64,000 nucleotides of DNA from Squalus acanthias. Its lineage: Eukaryota. The translations under genes were made by a program, and so were the position numbers. Within the stretch, counting starts at the first letter, position 1. Each line of letters opens with the position of its first letter. Below the pieces are notes generated by a model. That model searched no databases. It was given only the letters and a program-made list of their open reading frames with translations, and was not told the origin of the DNA. Below are positions 49,816 to 62,566 of this stretch, piece by piece. The stretch spans positions 94,552,001-94,616,000 of the forward strand of contig CM059432.1 in the NCBI GenBank assembly GCA_030390025.1, written 5' to 3'.

Positions 49816-49920
49816 CTCTGCCACTGACAGCACACAGAACATTGAGGGATGCCGAGGGTCGATGCCTTCCAATCTCATGCCTATTTTAAATCCATTTTTA
49901 TTCTGGGGAACTAATTGAAA
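49816..49920 (-). CDS. L3MBTL4: L3MBTL-family coding exon: FQLVPQNKNGFKIGMRLEGIDPRHPSMFCVLSVAE
   Basis: ttacag acceptor, gtaaga donor; 105 bp; GMRLEGIDPRHPS matches recalled L3MBTL4. Confidence 0.94.
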
Positions 49921-51799
49921 CTGTAAGAAAAAAAGTGGAATGTAAGTGTTTCCTCTCTATAACGGTCTCCGAACCTGGACAATGATTCATCGATACTCCA
50001 AGCTGGCTATCTGCTGCCTACATGTCAACTTCATCCCACCGTTGGACATCTGACTTTAACTTTGCACTCAGGTATTTTGCACCCAATCACTACCCAAACC
50101 ATCACTACTCCTTTGCCTTCCTACTCTTCTGTTGACATCCCAGGCTTGAATTACCGCTTGGATAACCCGACAGCTACCCTCTGTGCCTCTCTCAGCATTC
50201 TCCAAAGGGCCCATCTAAGCACCTGTTGCTTTATCCATATAAGCATCAATCCCAACTGCCCAATCCTCCTCTCTCGATTATCTTCCCATCCAATGTGTCT
50301 ACTGGGAGCTAATCTCCTTCTCATCCCGCTCACTTCAGCAACCAATGCCTCCTTGGACTCTGCCAGCAGTTCAGCAATCATTGCATTTCCCTCCAGAATG
50401 TTCGTTCATTCGCGAACAAAGCGCTTGAGATTCGCAACCTTATTGTGAACCACGGCCTGAAATCATGGCTTTGACTGAAACTTGGCTCACGGGTGCCGAC
50501 ATATTGCCACCCCATCTGGTTATACTTTCCACCACCTGCCCAGCCCAAACCACCGCGATGCAGCGGTCCTTATTACCAAATTATTGCATTATTTATAGCA
50601 AATTTTGAATTGCTTTCAATCCCTTTTACCACTTTGCAGTACTTTGTGTATGTTTTCACAGCAGTTTTGCAGTGAGTAGGTGAAAGTATAATAAAACCTG
50701 TTATTACATTTTACCTGAAGACACAGCATCACATTAACAGTTATGCAGACTTACAAGGTGTTTTCCATTTGGAGATTACCAATAAGTAATTTAGGTCACA
50801 TCATGTTATCTCAAATACGTGAAACAAAGATCAGGAATGCATAGCGGCAAATCATGTAGGAAGCGAGATTTTCCAATCTGCACTCTCAGCAGTCGAGGTG
50901 CCATCGCAGAACAGAAAACTTATCCTCATATCCACATGTGATAGGTAGCAGAAGAATATCCCAATGTTTTAATGGTCACATCTGATATATATTGTATTTT
51001 ATTCAGTGGGCTTGCGTGATAATTTCATGATTTAAACTGTGTGGATAAAATTGCATTTTGTCCATTATACATGCATCAACTAATAGCAAAATGGAATACA
51101 AGACATCCATTCAAATATGCAAAGCATGACACTCGAGTTAAAACTGATTAAAATATTCACCAGATTTAATTCCCTCACATGTATTATCCTGCATAGAATC
51201 CAGTTACTATCAAGGAACTGAAAAATATTACCATGTCGGATCCAGATGATGTGTTCACATTATATTTAATTAAAAATGCTTTGGTGTATATGTTTGTTTA
51301 TTAAAAAATCTTATGTATACGCACTCTTCCTGTCCAACTTCCTGTTACACTTATGCCAACATTTAATATTGAAACTGCCTATGTAAATTAAAATTTAGAA
51401 TGCATATCCTGTACATAAACAATTGCCAGTAAGGATGTAGTTTCAGGCTCTGGTGAGGAGGTGGCACTGTGGAGTGACTTTCTGAAGTCTCCCACTCTGT
51501 CGGCATCTTGTATATACAAAAACATATAGTCATCAACCAATCATCAGCACACCATGGGCAATTTGCTAGTGTAATATTACGAGTTGATCTCCCATGGGGT
51601 CATTCTTAGGGAATCAAGACCAAGTATTGTGATTTTTCGATACGAAAGTGGAGGTTGGCGAGAGTGTTGCAGTCCCAGCTCTGTAGCCACACTAGATAAA
51701 AAGAGCAGTGGGATGATTGAAACTAATACGGCAGGGGATAGAGAAAGTCTAGGTTTGAGAGGGAGAGCAGGATTAATAAATCTATTGGAATAGGAGAAG

Positions 51800-52530
51800 G
51801 TTTAGCTGAAATAGTAAGAAAAGACAATCGGAGGAGAAAGGGAAAGAAACAATCTATGAGTAGTGAGATATAAAAACACTGTTGTAGAAGGGGCAAGGGA
51901 TAGCAAAAATATTGGAGTCATAATTGAATGCACAAAGTGTTCAAAACAAAATAGGAGAGTTAGAAGCATTAATAACTATCAAGTGATGTGATACCTTAGC
52001 TATTGTGGAGACAGGACTGGGAATTTTATATTCCTGGTTATAACATTTTCAGGAGAGATCGGGAGGGAAAAAGGGGCTGGGGTGGCAATGTTGGTGAAGG
52101 ATTCTATCACTGTGCCATGACATAAGGATGTTATGGGGATTGAATTAATACAAAATCCATCTGGATTGAGTTAAGAAAAATTAAGGACAATGGTATAATT
52201 CTTGGTGTGTATTATAAGCCAACGAACTGTGGCTGTAAGACAGAGGCGTAGATCTTCAGACAGTTCAGAGAAATATACATGAACAACAGGTAATAACATT
52301 GGGTGATTTTTTAACTATCCTAAAATAGGCTGGAATAAAGTTAATTCCAGTAGGCAAAATGGGGAAAACTATTTAGAATGCATCCAGGACTGCTTCCTAG
52401 ATCGGTATATTTCTAGTCCAGAAAGGAAAGCAACATAGCTTGATTTAGACCTAGGAAATTAAGTGAGGCAAATAACTGATCTGAGAATGAGAGAACATAA
52501 TAGCACCAGCGACAACAATATAGCCTCAGG
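51800..52530 (+). mobile_element. Old degraded CR1 endonuclease region
   Basis: Remnants of LNAQSV, IPGY.IFRRDR, WIELR, IQDCFLD with many stops. Confidence 0.6.
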
Positions 52531-53079
52531 TTATGCTGATGAGGCCCGAACCTGAAAATAGTTCGAGCCCCCCGATGCTGGATTCAGGCCTGTTTTGGGC
52601 AAAAGTTAAAAATTACCTTAATGAGCCAAATGGCCTCCATCTGTGCTGTAAACTTTTCCAGGTTCAGAGTCAGACTACAATAGGTATTACAGTAAGCTCC
52701 AGGCATGTAATTCATCAGTGTTTAGGTGCTCGCCGTTTTGAGGACAGGCTATCCGACACTGCCGCAAGCACTTAAAGGCTTGTAGCAACTGCTTAATGCA
52801 GAGTGCATTGTTGGTAGAAAAAACTTTTCCAACACTGGGTCAGTGCTACACAGTAGGGAGACACAGCATGTCATGGCACCAAGGTTTCCTGACTCAGGAG
52901 TGGCAATGCTTCTGGAACAAGGCAAAGCACAGAAGTGGTTCCCTGTTCGGCCCTCCAGGAAGCCCTCCCACAGAAACACAATCTAGAGTGCTTGAGAGGA
53001 GATAGCACTCTGTGGCACTGCTGTATGTCATCATTCAGAGGAAAGAATTCAAATTCAGAAAAAAGAGACCTGAGACGAA

Positions 53080-53826
53080 GGCCCTGATTTTGCGGTGGTA
53101 ATGATGGCAAAATGGTCAGTGTTCGCCATCATTATCCTTGTAAAACTGACTGTAACTTCAGGATTTAGCACATGTGCAGATAAACATGAAAATCCTGAAG
53201 TTGCGGTCAGGCATTCCCTGTTCCACCATAGGCTGCACTGTGGAACTCCCCATAGCCGGCCATCAGTGAAATTAGTTGAACTGATGAAAACTTATGCTTT
53301 TCCTATCTAATATCGCTGTTAAATACCCCATAAAAAGTTAAGCCTTGTTGGAATAGGTGTAACTGGGGTTTTAACAGTGTATTGACTGCTGAACAACCGT
53401 TCTGGTCCTGAAAACTAATTTTATATTTGTGGAATGTCTCCATTATGATAAAAATGACTAGATTAAAATAATAAAAATGTTTTTTTTTAAAGTTTGTTTA
53501 TGATATTTCGGCTTCTACCTTAACCCCACGTGTATGTCCCAATCTTTAGTTCGCTCTCTGTCAAAAAATTTAAAAGTGAAATGAATATCAGTGCTTTTTA
53601 TTTCCTGGTTTGCTGTCTGTGAGAATTCTTCAATATGATTGGCTGCTAGACAGCTTGATGACATCACTGCTGCTGTACGCTAGGGATCCCCTTTTGGCAG
53701 TGCTACAATCAAATTAAGGTCGACAAAGCTAAAGTTTTCGCAACAGAGATCGCAAGATCTTTGTGGGCAGCTTCCAAGATCAGCGGCGATCGTCGTCGCT
53801 CTGCTGCTGACTGCAAATTCCATATC
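53080..53826. mobile_element. Harbinger-type MITE (related partial copies at ~47200-47590 and 18520-18680)
   Basis: Left end GGCCCTGATTTTGCGGT, right end ACTGCAAATTCC; shared internal sequence among copies. Confidence 0.65.
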
Positions 53827-55394
53827 AATCAGTCAAGCAAGATAAGGCTATTCATCATGACCTGACACCAAGTAGACTGGGAATGTATGCATCCCACAAA
53901 ATGCTTCCTCCTACTCAGACTACCTTACTGCCCTTTAAATGCTTACCATGCTTCCACATTTTGCAGCAGGGCACACCTTGTAGCTGCAACTTTACTATAT
54001 TGACATTTTTAAAGGGCTTCATGTAAAAAAATCCTGCTAACAAAATTTGGTTGCATGATAGAGAAGTTACGTTAAACTTATATAGAACCTTGGTTAGACC
54101 ACACTTGGAGTACTGTGCACGGTTCTGGTCTCCATATTATAAAAAGGATATAGAGGCATTGCAACTCTTATAATATTGCAGTGCTACAATCCTTGATTTC
54201 AACTGGCTTATTGTTTCTACCAACTGAATTATCCGCAAAGCAGATGGTAAATTATCTTCTTACTTATTTCCAAAGATAGAAAATAAAGAACCATTCCCCT
54301 TTTCATCATCTTCGCTCCTCTTGAGCTGCACATTAATTCTCAACTAAAAAAGGTAAACATCTATTGTCAATCTCTGTTTTTGCTACTTTTGAGCATGCTA
54401 CTAACACATATGAATGCTATGACGTGCCCACCAATTTCTCTTCCTTGTTGTGAGGAAGCACCATGCATCCTGCATCCTGCTGTTTGCTTGACTGAAATTA
54501 GGATTTTACTATTTGGGGAAATAATCTATCATAGTTACACACCAGATACTACTTTAAGTAAAGTATATTAACAGTGTCAAGCACTTCAAATAACATTTCT
54601 TACAGATTGTCTTTCAATTAAGCTCGTGTTGATAGATTTAATAAGAGGTCAAAGGATTTCAATCCCTCTATGGGATTTTTCTATCTGTTTCTGGACTGAA
54701 TACATAAAGGAGTTTTCTGCCCTTAAAAAAACTTAATGCATTTTGTGTCATGCAACAAACTGGCTTCTTATCAAACAGACTAAATGTTGTGTTACTGCAT
54801 TTGATTTGGCAAATGTTATTTTAGTCAATCTCTTTTCTAACGTGAATATACATGGAAAATGCAGAACATTTTACAGTGGCTGGAATAATATTAGATTTCC
54901 ATTTTCTGCACTCTTGTGCAAACAGGAAAATCGTATTTATGTATGTGAAAGCTCAAGTGGCAAACATAGATAGCATTACCTATACAGAAACAATTCTTGT
55001 TACCTCCCTGCACTTGAATTTCAATGAATGTAGCAATGTTCACCCAGACTTTATTTGCTACATGACTGCTGGTTGCTATGGAAACTGTGAGAATGATTAA
55101 CTGAAAATCATCTGGGAATGCAAAACGGCAGAGAAGTTTTCAAGCTGTGGTTTTAGGTCACAATAATGTGAAATGACAAATGATGATTGTCCTTTTTATG
55201 TTAAAATAAAACCATGTTTACATGGCGTTACTAAGGGAACACGCCTTTGGACAGCTAGCTAAAACAAAAAAAGTTAGAGCTATAATAATATTTAAAATGC
55301 AATTACATTCTTTAAAATATACAGTAATGATTTTTTTGGGTCGCAATGTGTTAAGAGATACTGCGAATAAAATTGGTCTATGCCAGTAGCGCAA

Positions 55395-55607
55395 AACAGG
55401 CTCGTGGGAAACTGCAGCCTCTTTCCCCCCCCATGCCCTAGCCCTGAACTCGCAGCTTTCTCTAGTTTCTCTCCTATCTCCCTCATGCCCTCTCCGAACT
55501 CATCTTGTCCATGAGACCCACTTCCTGCTCCCTCAACCCTATTCCCACTAAACTGCTGACCATCCAATTTCCTATTCTGGCCCCCATGTTAGGTAATATT
55601 GTTAACA
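55395..55607 (+). mobile_element. L2-like LINE ORF2 fragment
   Basis: Translates to SMRPTSCSLNPIPTKLL, the PTxCxLDPIPTxLL motif typical of L2. Confidence 0.6.
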
Positions 55608-55611
55608 ACAC

Positions 55612-56290
55612 GGGAACGGTAGCATAGTGGTTATGTTACGAAACTAGTAATCCAGAGGCCTGGACAATAATTTGGCAGACGTGAGTTCAAATCCCACCAC
55701 AGCAGTTGTGGAATTTAAATTCAGTTAATTAAAAATAAAAAATCTGGAATGCTAGTGTCAGTTATGGTGACCATGAAACTACTGGATTGTCGTAACCAAC
55801 CCCTCTGGTTCACTAAAGTCCAACAGCACTCAAGAAGCTCGACACCATCCAGGACAAAGCAGCCCGCTTGGTTGGCACCCCATCTGCCACCTTAAACATT
55901 CACTCCCTCCACCATTGCTGCACTGTGGCTGCAGTGTGTACCATCTACAAGATGCAACTTGCCAAGGCTTCTTTGACAGCACCTCTCAAACCCGCGACCG
56001 CTACCAACTAGAAGGACTAGGGCAGCAGGCACATGAGAACATCATCACCTGCAAGTTCCCCTCCAAGTTACACACCATCCTGACGTGGAAATATATCGCC
56101 GTTCCTTCATCTTCGCAGGGTCAAAATCCTGGAACTCCCTCCCTAACAGCACTGTGGGAGTACCTTCACCACACGGACTGCAGCGGTTCAAGAAGGTGGC
56201 TCACCATCACCTTCTCAAGGGCAGTTAGGGATGGGCAATAAATGCTGACTTTGCCAGCGACACCCACATCCCAGGAACAAATTTAAAAAA
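55612..56290 (+). mobile_element. tRNA head joined to ~460 bp of LINE-T 3' end
   Basis: A-box TAGCATAGTGG, B-box GTTCAAATCC; junction ~55821 into LKKLDTIQDKAARL; LINE-T 3' UTR. Confidence 0.82.
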
Positions 56291-56949
56291 TTGTCATATA
56301 ACAAAATCTGAACCCAGGACTCAGCAAGGATGGAGTAGTGGTAGCTGAGGCTATTCTTTAACCATCCACTCACAGACTGTACTTGCACAGAGGCCCTGAA
56401 GAGAGGGGCACAAAACGTACGCATGACAAAGCCCAGAAAATATCAAGTTGGATAGTCCAGGAAAAGTGTTGATGTTACGGGAAGGGAGCAGAACTAAAGC
56501 CCCAGGTCCCCGAGAAAAGGTAGTCTACTGAGACAAAACTTACTGGATGAATTTTCAACAGAAAATGGAAAATTTATAGGTCAATTGAAAGACGATGCAT
56601 TTATTATTTGTATTTTTGTTGTTATAAATTGAATTTATTACTGCATGAATGTTTCTCTGAGCCTGTTGCGCACTGCTGGGGGTAAGCAAGCTAAATTTTG
56701 TGATAGGAGTCCCTTCCCCCTAATTTAAATTTGCTACTGGCACAGGAAGAGGCTGCTTATAATCTTTAGCACACTTGGCTGGGCCACGCAAAAACTGATG
56801 AGGCAGCTCTTAAAGACAGTGCATTATTGACATAAAAGGGGAAATTGCGTTGGGAAAATGCATCAATTGCTCACACTGGCCCAGCTGAGACATGTGGCCA
56901 GCGCTGCTTCCTTTGATTCTGTAGAGTCACAGACTGAGGCAATACAATC

Positions 56950-57500
56950 ACTCAGCTTGGTTGCAAATTAGGAAGACATTTGTTAGAAGCAAAGCAAAGT
57001 GTGCTCCTCACCGTTGCACATACTTCTTGTGGGGCCATCAACCATTGCACAAGCCTAAGCTGAGAGCAGCCACACTATCTGGAAGGTAGCATTTGAAGCA
57101 TTGTTACTCTTTTGCCTAAGCTGTATGCACTTTCATTAAAGAGGAGGTGGCAACTGAGAAACACCAAACAGGTGCTGAGGTGTCTAGGCCGAGGTGCTCT
57201 CTGCTGTTGGGGGGGCGGGGCGGTCTCAGCCATTGATGTAGAGGATAGACCTGTTCTCCTAAGAGCCATCCTTGCAGTGTGTCTTCTTCTTCTTCAAATA
57301 ATGTGGGCGCCATTGACTGTTGCACAAAGCATTGTGGCTGCTTCCTGGAGAACGGCCACTGGCTTGCAGCATAATGTTTCTTTGGTCAGATACACCTAAA
57401 CAGTAACTGAGTGCAAACTTCACATTTATAAAGGCCATGGGATAGATATGAAGAGTTGCAATTCCCACGAGGGAACCATGTGCAATGGGAACCCTGCCAC
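56950..57500 (-). pseudogene. Highly degraded Harbinger transposase relic
   Basis: INV...SDQRNIMLQASGRSPGSSHNA and GWLLGEQVYPLHQWL resemble motifs of the 11161-12297 transposase. Confidence 0.6.
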
Positions 57501-58344
57501 TCAATGCTCTATCCAACGGATGCCTCCTTTCCACAGAAAAAAAGTGATGAAGGTATTACCCCCTGCAAACATAGAAGTTTCAAAAGCAAAATACTGCGGA
57601 TGCTGGAAATCTGAAATAAAAACAGAAAATGCTGGAAATAATCAGCAGGTCAGGCAGCATCTGTGGAGAGAGAAACAGAGTTAACGTTTCAGGTCAATGA
57701 CCCTTCGTTGACCTGTAATAGAAGTTTCACTTGCTTGATACATTTATTCACTGCAGTCTGCTTGAAGTGGCAGATGTCTCTTGGAATGCCTTGAAAGAAT
57801 CCTATAGCATAAAAGTTTCATGCTGTAGTAACCTTTCCTTGTAAAAGAAAAGTGTCCCTAATCCAGACAGTATGTCGTAAGAATGAGCCTTACGCGTGGT
57901 GAACTTAAAGTAAGCTTTAATCAACTAAAAAGGTGCTACATACAAAAGAGGTCTTACTCTATGCCTCTCCAGGATCCAACTGATCAGCCCAGTATTTATC
58001 CTGGACTAATCACAGGAAGTGATGTAATAAAGTTCGAGTCACAGGAAGCTGTATTGTGTTACCACACAGTATGTGCAGCAGATAGCACTCTGTGGCAGCA
58101 TGCCTTGGAAAGCAGAAGCGATGAAAACAGGTCTCTTCTGACATGTCCCAGGTCCCAGGTATGTGTGTAGGGGTCTATTATCGCAGGTCCTGGGGTAGTG
58201 ACAGCTGTGGCCAAATCACTTCAGGCAAAATGCACCTGCATTTTTTGGTCCTTCACAAACTTGTCTTCCTCATCTCAATAATGCACTGTATTCCCCAAAA
58301 GAATGCCAATCATCACCTCTTTATATGACCCGACTTAAATGTGT

Positions 58345-58635
58345 CAGCCGTGGCTCAGTGGCAACAGTCTCGCCTCTGAATCAGAAAGTTGTGGGTTCAA
58401 GTTCCACTCCAGAGACTTGAGAACAAAATCTAGGCTGACACTCCAGTGCAGTACTGTCGGTGATGTTTCCTTTTGGATGAGACAATGGTGCAGAAATTCT
58501 GATCCCTACGGGTGTGTACGCGCTGTGTACTCACCCGTAGGGACATCGGAAATGCCGGCTTCAGGCATGCACTGCATAGCTGTAAAGCGCTTTGGGACAT
58601 TCTAAGGTTGTGAAAGGCACTATATAAATGCAAGT
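58345..58635 (+). mobile_element. DeuSINE-like SINE with a MITE end inserted at ~58487
   Basis: GTGGCTCAGTGG...GGGTTCAAGT head, body homologous to 18687-18850, tail GGCACTATATAAATGCAAGTC. Confidence 0.7.
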
Positions 58636-59184
58636 CTCAAGTCTTTAAATGCCAGCAAGAATCAAGAATAATAAAGAAAAGTATTGGAAAAGAACAAAAA
58701 ATAAATAAACCCAGCAAAATCAACTAATGCATGGAACAAACTGCAACATACAGTTCATGAAAATGCAAAAAAAAAATCAAAAACCTTTCTCTTTAAAGGA
58801 GCCTGCTTCAGCTGATCAGGTCCTGGGACTCCCATGTACCCAGTTTTTATGAGCAATGCTTGTGCTGTGGGCAAAGCCTCACCCAAAGACATAAAATTTG
58901 CCTTCAAAGGCTTTATCATTACATTTAAATAATAAAATGAAGCCTGATTATTTAACCCCCAAATTCCCCATTGGAAAATCGAGCACTCTGCAAACCGGTC
59001 ACGCACCCGACAGGGTCTCAAAAATCTACTGATGGTGGTTAATTGGATCAATCACAATGTTTTGGTCAGTGGATGTATGACATCTCTTGAGGTGTGACAC
59101 ATTTCAGAACTGTGATTCGACAGTTACAAGTCTTTTAATTATATCAGTAGATAGATGAATAAATAGGTAGATTAAAAAATAGGA

Positions 59185-59987
59185 AATAACAACAGAAAAC
59201 GCTGGAAAAACTCAGCAGGCCAGGCAGCATCCGTGGAGAGAGAAAGAGAGTTAACGTTTCAGGTCGATGACCTTTCATCAGAACTGGGAAGAGCCGGAAA
59301 TCAAATAGATTTAAGGCCAGGGTAAAGCTGGGAAAAGGGGGAGGGGATAAAGGAACAAAGGTGGAGATGAAGAGACATTAAGAGACATTAAGAGATATGC
59401 AAGGCTAGAGGTGGTGTTAATGTGACAGATTAAGGCTGAATGAAGTGTGAAATCCACTGGCAGAATGAAGGACAGCTGCCAGCTTCTAGGAGGAAAAAAA
59501 AGGTGGGGGGGGAGGGACAAATAAAAGGGTGGATAAAATAAAATATAAATGTGATTGGAGCTGAGGTTATGATCTAAAATTGTTGAACTCGATATTGAGT
59601 CCAGAGGGCTGTAGCGTGCCTAAACGAAAGATGAGGTGCTGTTCCTCGAGCTTACGCTGAGCTTCCGTGGAACAGTGTAATAGGCCGAGGACGGTGAGGT
59701 CAGAGTGGGAGTGAAGCGGTGAATTAAAGTGACAGGCCACCGGGAGCTCGGGGTCCCCCTTACGGACTGAACGGAGGTGTTCCGCAAAGCGGTCACCCAA
59801 TCTGCGTTTGGTCTCCCCAATGTAGAGGAGTCCACATCGTGAGCAGCGAATACAGTATACTAAATTGCAGGAAGTACAAGTAAATCGCTGTTTCACCTGG
59901 AAGGGGTGTTTGGGGCCCTGGACAGTGGGAAGAGGGGAGGTATAAGGGCATGTGTTGCATCTCCTGCGCGTGCACGGGAAGGTGCAA
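59185..59987 (-). mobile_element. Penelope-like element 3' fragment (GIY-YIG plus terminal repeat)
   Basis: ORF 59567-59896 NLVYCIRCSRCGLLYIGETKRRLGDRFAEH...VACHFN...LEEQHLI...GLN. Confidence 0.88.
59249..59285 (-). ncRNA. Minimal type I hammerhead ribozyme motif
   Basis: AGTT-CTGATGA-A-AGGTC atc GACCT-GAAAC-GTT-AACT on the minus strand. Confidence 0.65.
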
Positions 59988-60068
59988 ATAGGAAGTTAGA
60001 CAGACAGAAGTGAACAGTTAGTACACTAGGAATTTATTAAGCATTCTGAAATCCATATATATATGTAC

Positions 60069-60163
60069 CTCTTTAAACAGTTTGGGGGGTGCTGCTATTG
60101 CCTTCTCTTCTTCGAGATACTGTACCCACGACCAAGCCTTTTTCTTTCCGGTAAGTAACATGG
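60069..60163 (-). CDS. L3MBTL4: L3MBTL-family coding exon: (A)MLLTGKKKAWSWVQYLEEEKAIAAPPKLFKE
   Basis: Polypyrimidine plus ttag acceptor, gtacat donor; 95 bp; start of MBT repeat 1. Confidence 0.92.
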
Positions 60164-61129
60164 CTAACGAGAAAAAGAATACATTTTGTTACAGCAAAGT
60201 GTGAAGAAAAATTCAGGATTAGTATATACACAAGTCAATCTCCCGTGATGTTAGAGGAATTCAATTTCATCAGTTTATCTCAAATGGACTCAATTCACTA
60301 GATAACTGATAAATCAACATCATGCCTTACATACTATTACATTTTCTTGTTTGTCTTTGAAAATCTTGGCAAAATTTTCAGCTCTTCCTCTGTTGATTTT
60401 TCAATGGGATTGGGGTGGGTGGGGCCAGGAAATGGGTTGAGGACTCATTCTGTCGTGTCTCTGTTAATTTTTACAGTCCTCCATTTTCTGCCGAAAGTGG
60501 TGGGGTATATGCAATATATCCGCCCATACATTGGCAAGCATATTCTAATGATATTCATACAATTAAAGTTAGCCATCCAATGTAATTTCTGTCATTTGCA
60601 CCATATCAACACTGGACACGAGGGACACCTGTTTGGCCATGGCATCCAGCACTGCTATGGTGGTGGGAGGGCGTATTGAATTTTAAAGACTGGAAAGCCT
60701 GTGCAATCGATCACAAGGCCAACTTGTAAAAAAACTGTTTTAATTTTAACCGGCAGCACAAAAGCCATCAGCCACAGTTCACTCCAACCCATCCACACAG
60801 ACTCCCCATCGGAGGCCAGGAAACTTGCCAAAATTATTTAAGTCGGATTGAGGCCAGAAATGAGCCAGGGTCATTGATACACCTTTGTAGTTGCCGGAAG
60901 TCCAACCATGCCAATGAGGCACCCAGACTCCACAATAGCGGAAAATATAGACACTTGCTTTTTGTTTCTCACAACAATCTCACAGGTCCAGTGTGGTGAA
61001 TTAATGAATGATCAGCAACTGTTTTGTAATTATAATTAAAGTATGTTTTAGGCAGAAGAAGCAATTGGGTGAATCAGCTATCCTTCCAAACCTCCCCATC
61101 AGTTTCCTACCCGTGCTTTTAGAACTAAT

Positions 61130-62000
61130 AGTCCTGAATCCTACTTGGCTAATAGGAATTTGTCTAATCCTTTCTTAGAACCTGCCATGCTTTTCTGTTC
61201 CACTAACCCCACTGATAATCTATCATAATTCTTTCATATTTTACTAAACAAATGCTGGCCAACTTTCTTATTTTCCTTTGAGACCCTTAACTTTAAATTG
61301 AGTCTCCAAGTCCTCAAACCCTATGCCGAATAGAAAAACTGTGCTGGATGCAAATTCCCATTCAAATGAAAATCTTAAAGATCTGTCAAGTTCCTTACCC
61401 TCCTTCTTTCCAACAAGTAAAGTCCAGGTCAACAACTATTCCTTATAAATCACCCATCTAAGTTCAGGAATTTGCCTAATAACACTGGAGTCCCTCCAAT
61501 AATTTTAATTTTTTTTCTGTAATAGGGAGACCAGAGCTAAACACAGTACTCTAGATGTAATCTCACCAAGGTCAGATAAACTTCAACATCCTCTTCTTTG
61601 ACTTAAAGGTCACACCCCAAGTTATACAGCCCGATATTATTTGCTTTCTGGAGCACCAGCAAACCACAGACAGCGTTAATGACCTATCCATCAAAACCCT
61701 CAGATCCCTCTCCTGCTTTGTTAGCTAATACATGTTACTATTTAACATGCACTTCATACTCTTGCTTCTTCAACCTAATTTCACAAATTTACACTTATCT
61801 GTGGTGAATTTTATCTGCCACCTTCTGAACCTATGCTGGCTCCCTTTAATCAAACTCTCAAAGCCTCGAACACTTTCCTCACAATCACAGGTCTGTAATT
61901 CAAGGGTTCATCATCCCTTGATCCTTTTTTCAAGATGGGGTCACATTTGCTACTTTCCAATCCATTGCAGTGTAATCCCATTCACGGAGACACACAATGT
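61130..62000 (-). mobile_element. Old degraded CR1 RT/3' region
   Basis: Reverse complement shows LVRLHLEYCV-like and DLRVL-like remnants. Confidence 0.5.
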
Positions 62001-62451
62001 AGATTCTTTCCTTCATCACTTGGGCCATAATCTGGCAGAGAGGATCGCCCGCTGTTTACAGAACCTGTCTGAATTTTCATTCCATTTATTTCAATGATTT
62101 CAGGCGGGTTTTATAAAGGCAAGCCAATTAATTTAGGTTATAACCAAAAGTGGATTGATCCTTAATATTACAAACCATTTCAAGTAAAAAAAGATTAAAT
62201 TTCCGATTACTAGGCCTTGCCTGATGGTTGCAGAATGTTCTGTCAGCTAAGTACTTAGCACACCAAAAAAAAACAGCAGTTACAACCATCAGCTACAGAG
62301 TTTGTACCTACGACCAGCACTTTTAATATTTATGTCTAGATGTGTCATAAAGATGCCAAAAGTTAAGTAACAAACCAGAATGAACTGTATGTAACATACT
62401 ACTAGCAGGAAAATAACAATGCAATATGTTCAAATAAAAAATATTGAATAC

Positions 62452-62566
62452 CCTGTTTAGAGAGCTTGGAATCTGGGTCAGACAGTCGACTGTTTTTGAA
62501 GCTACTGTGGTTAGTCAGCACTGCAGACATTTTTATCTTCATTTTTCCATCACCTTGCACTTCCTC
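62452..62566 (-). CDS. Candidate upstream L3MBTL exon: EEVQGDGKMKIKMSAVLTNHSSFKNSRLSDPDSKLSKQ(A)
   Basis: ctgcag acceptor, gtattc donor; 115 bp; phase 1 matches the 60163 acceptor; no MBT motif to confirm it. Confidence 0.5.

Noticed and set aside
49950..50580. Pyrimidine-rich segment with short ORFs as a host exon
   Set aside because: It has no MBT similarity and exons 60069 and 49920 already join in phase; it is probably an old unclassified repeat.
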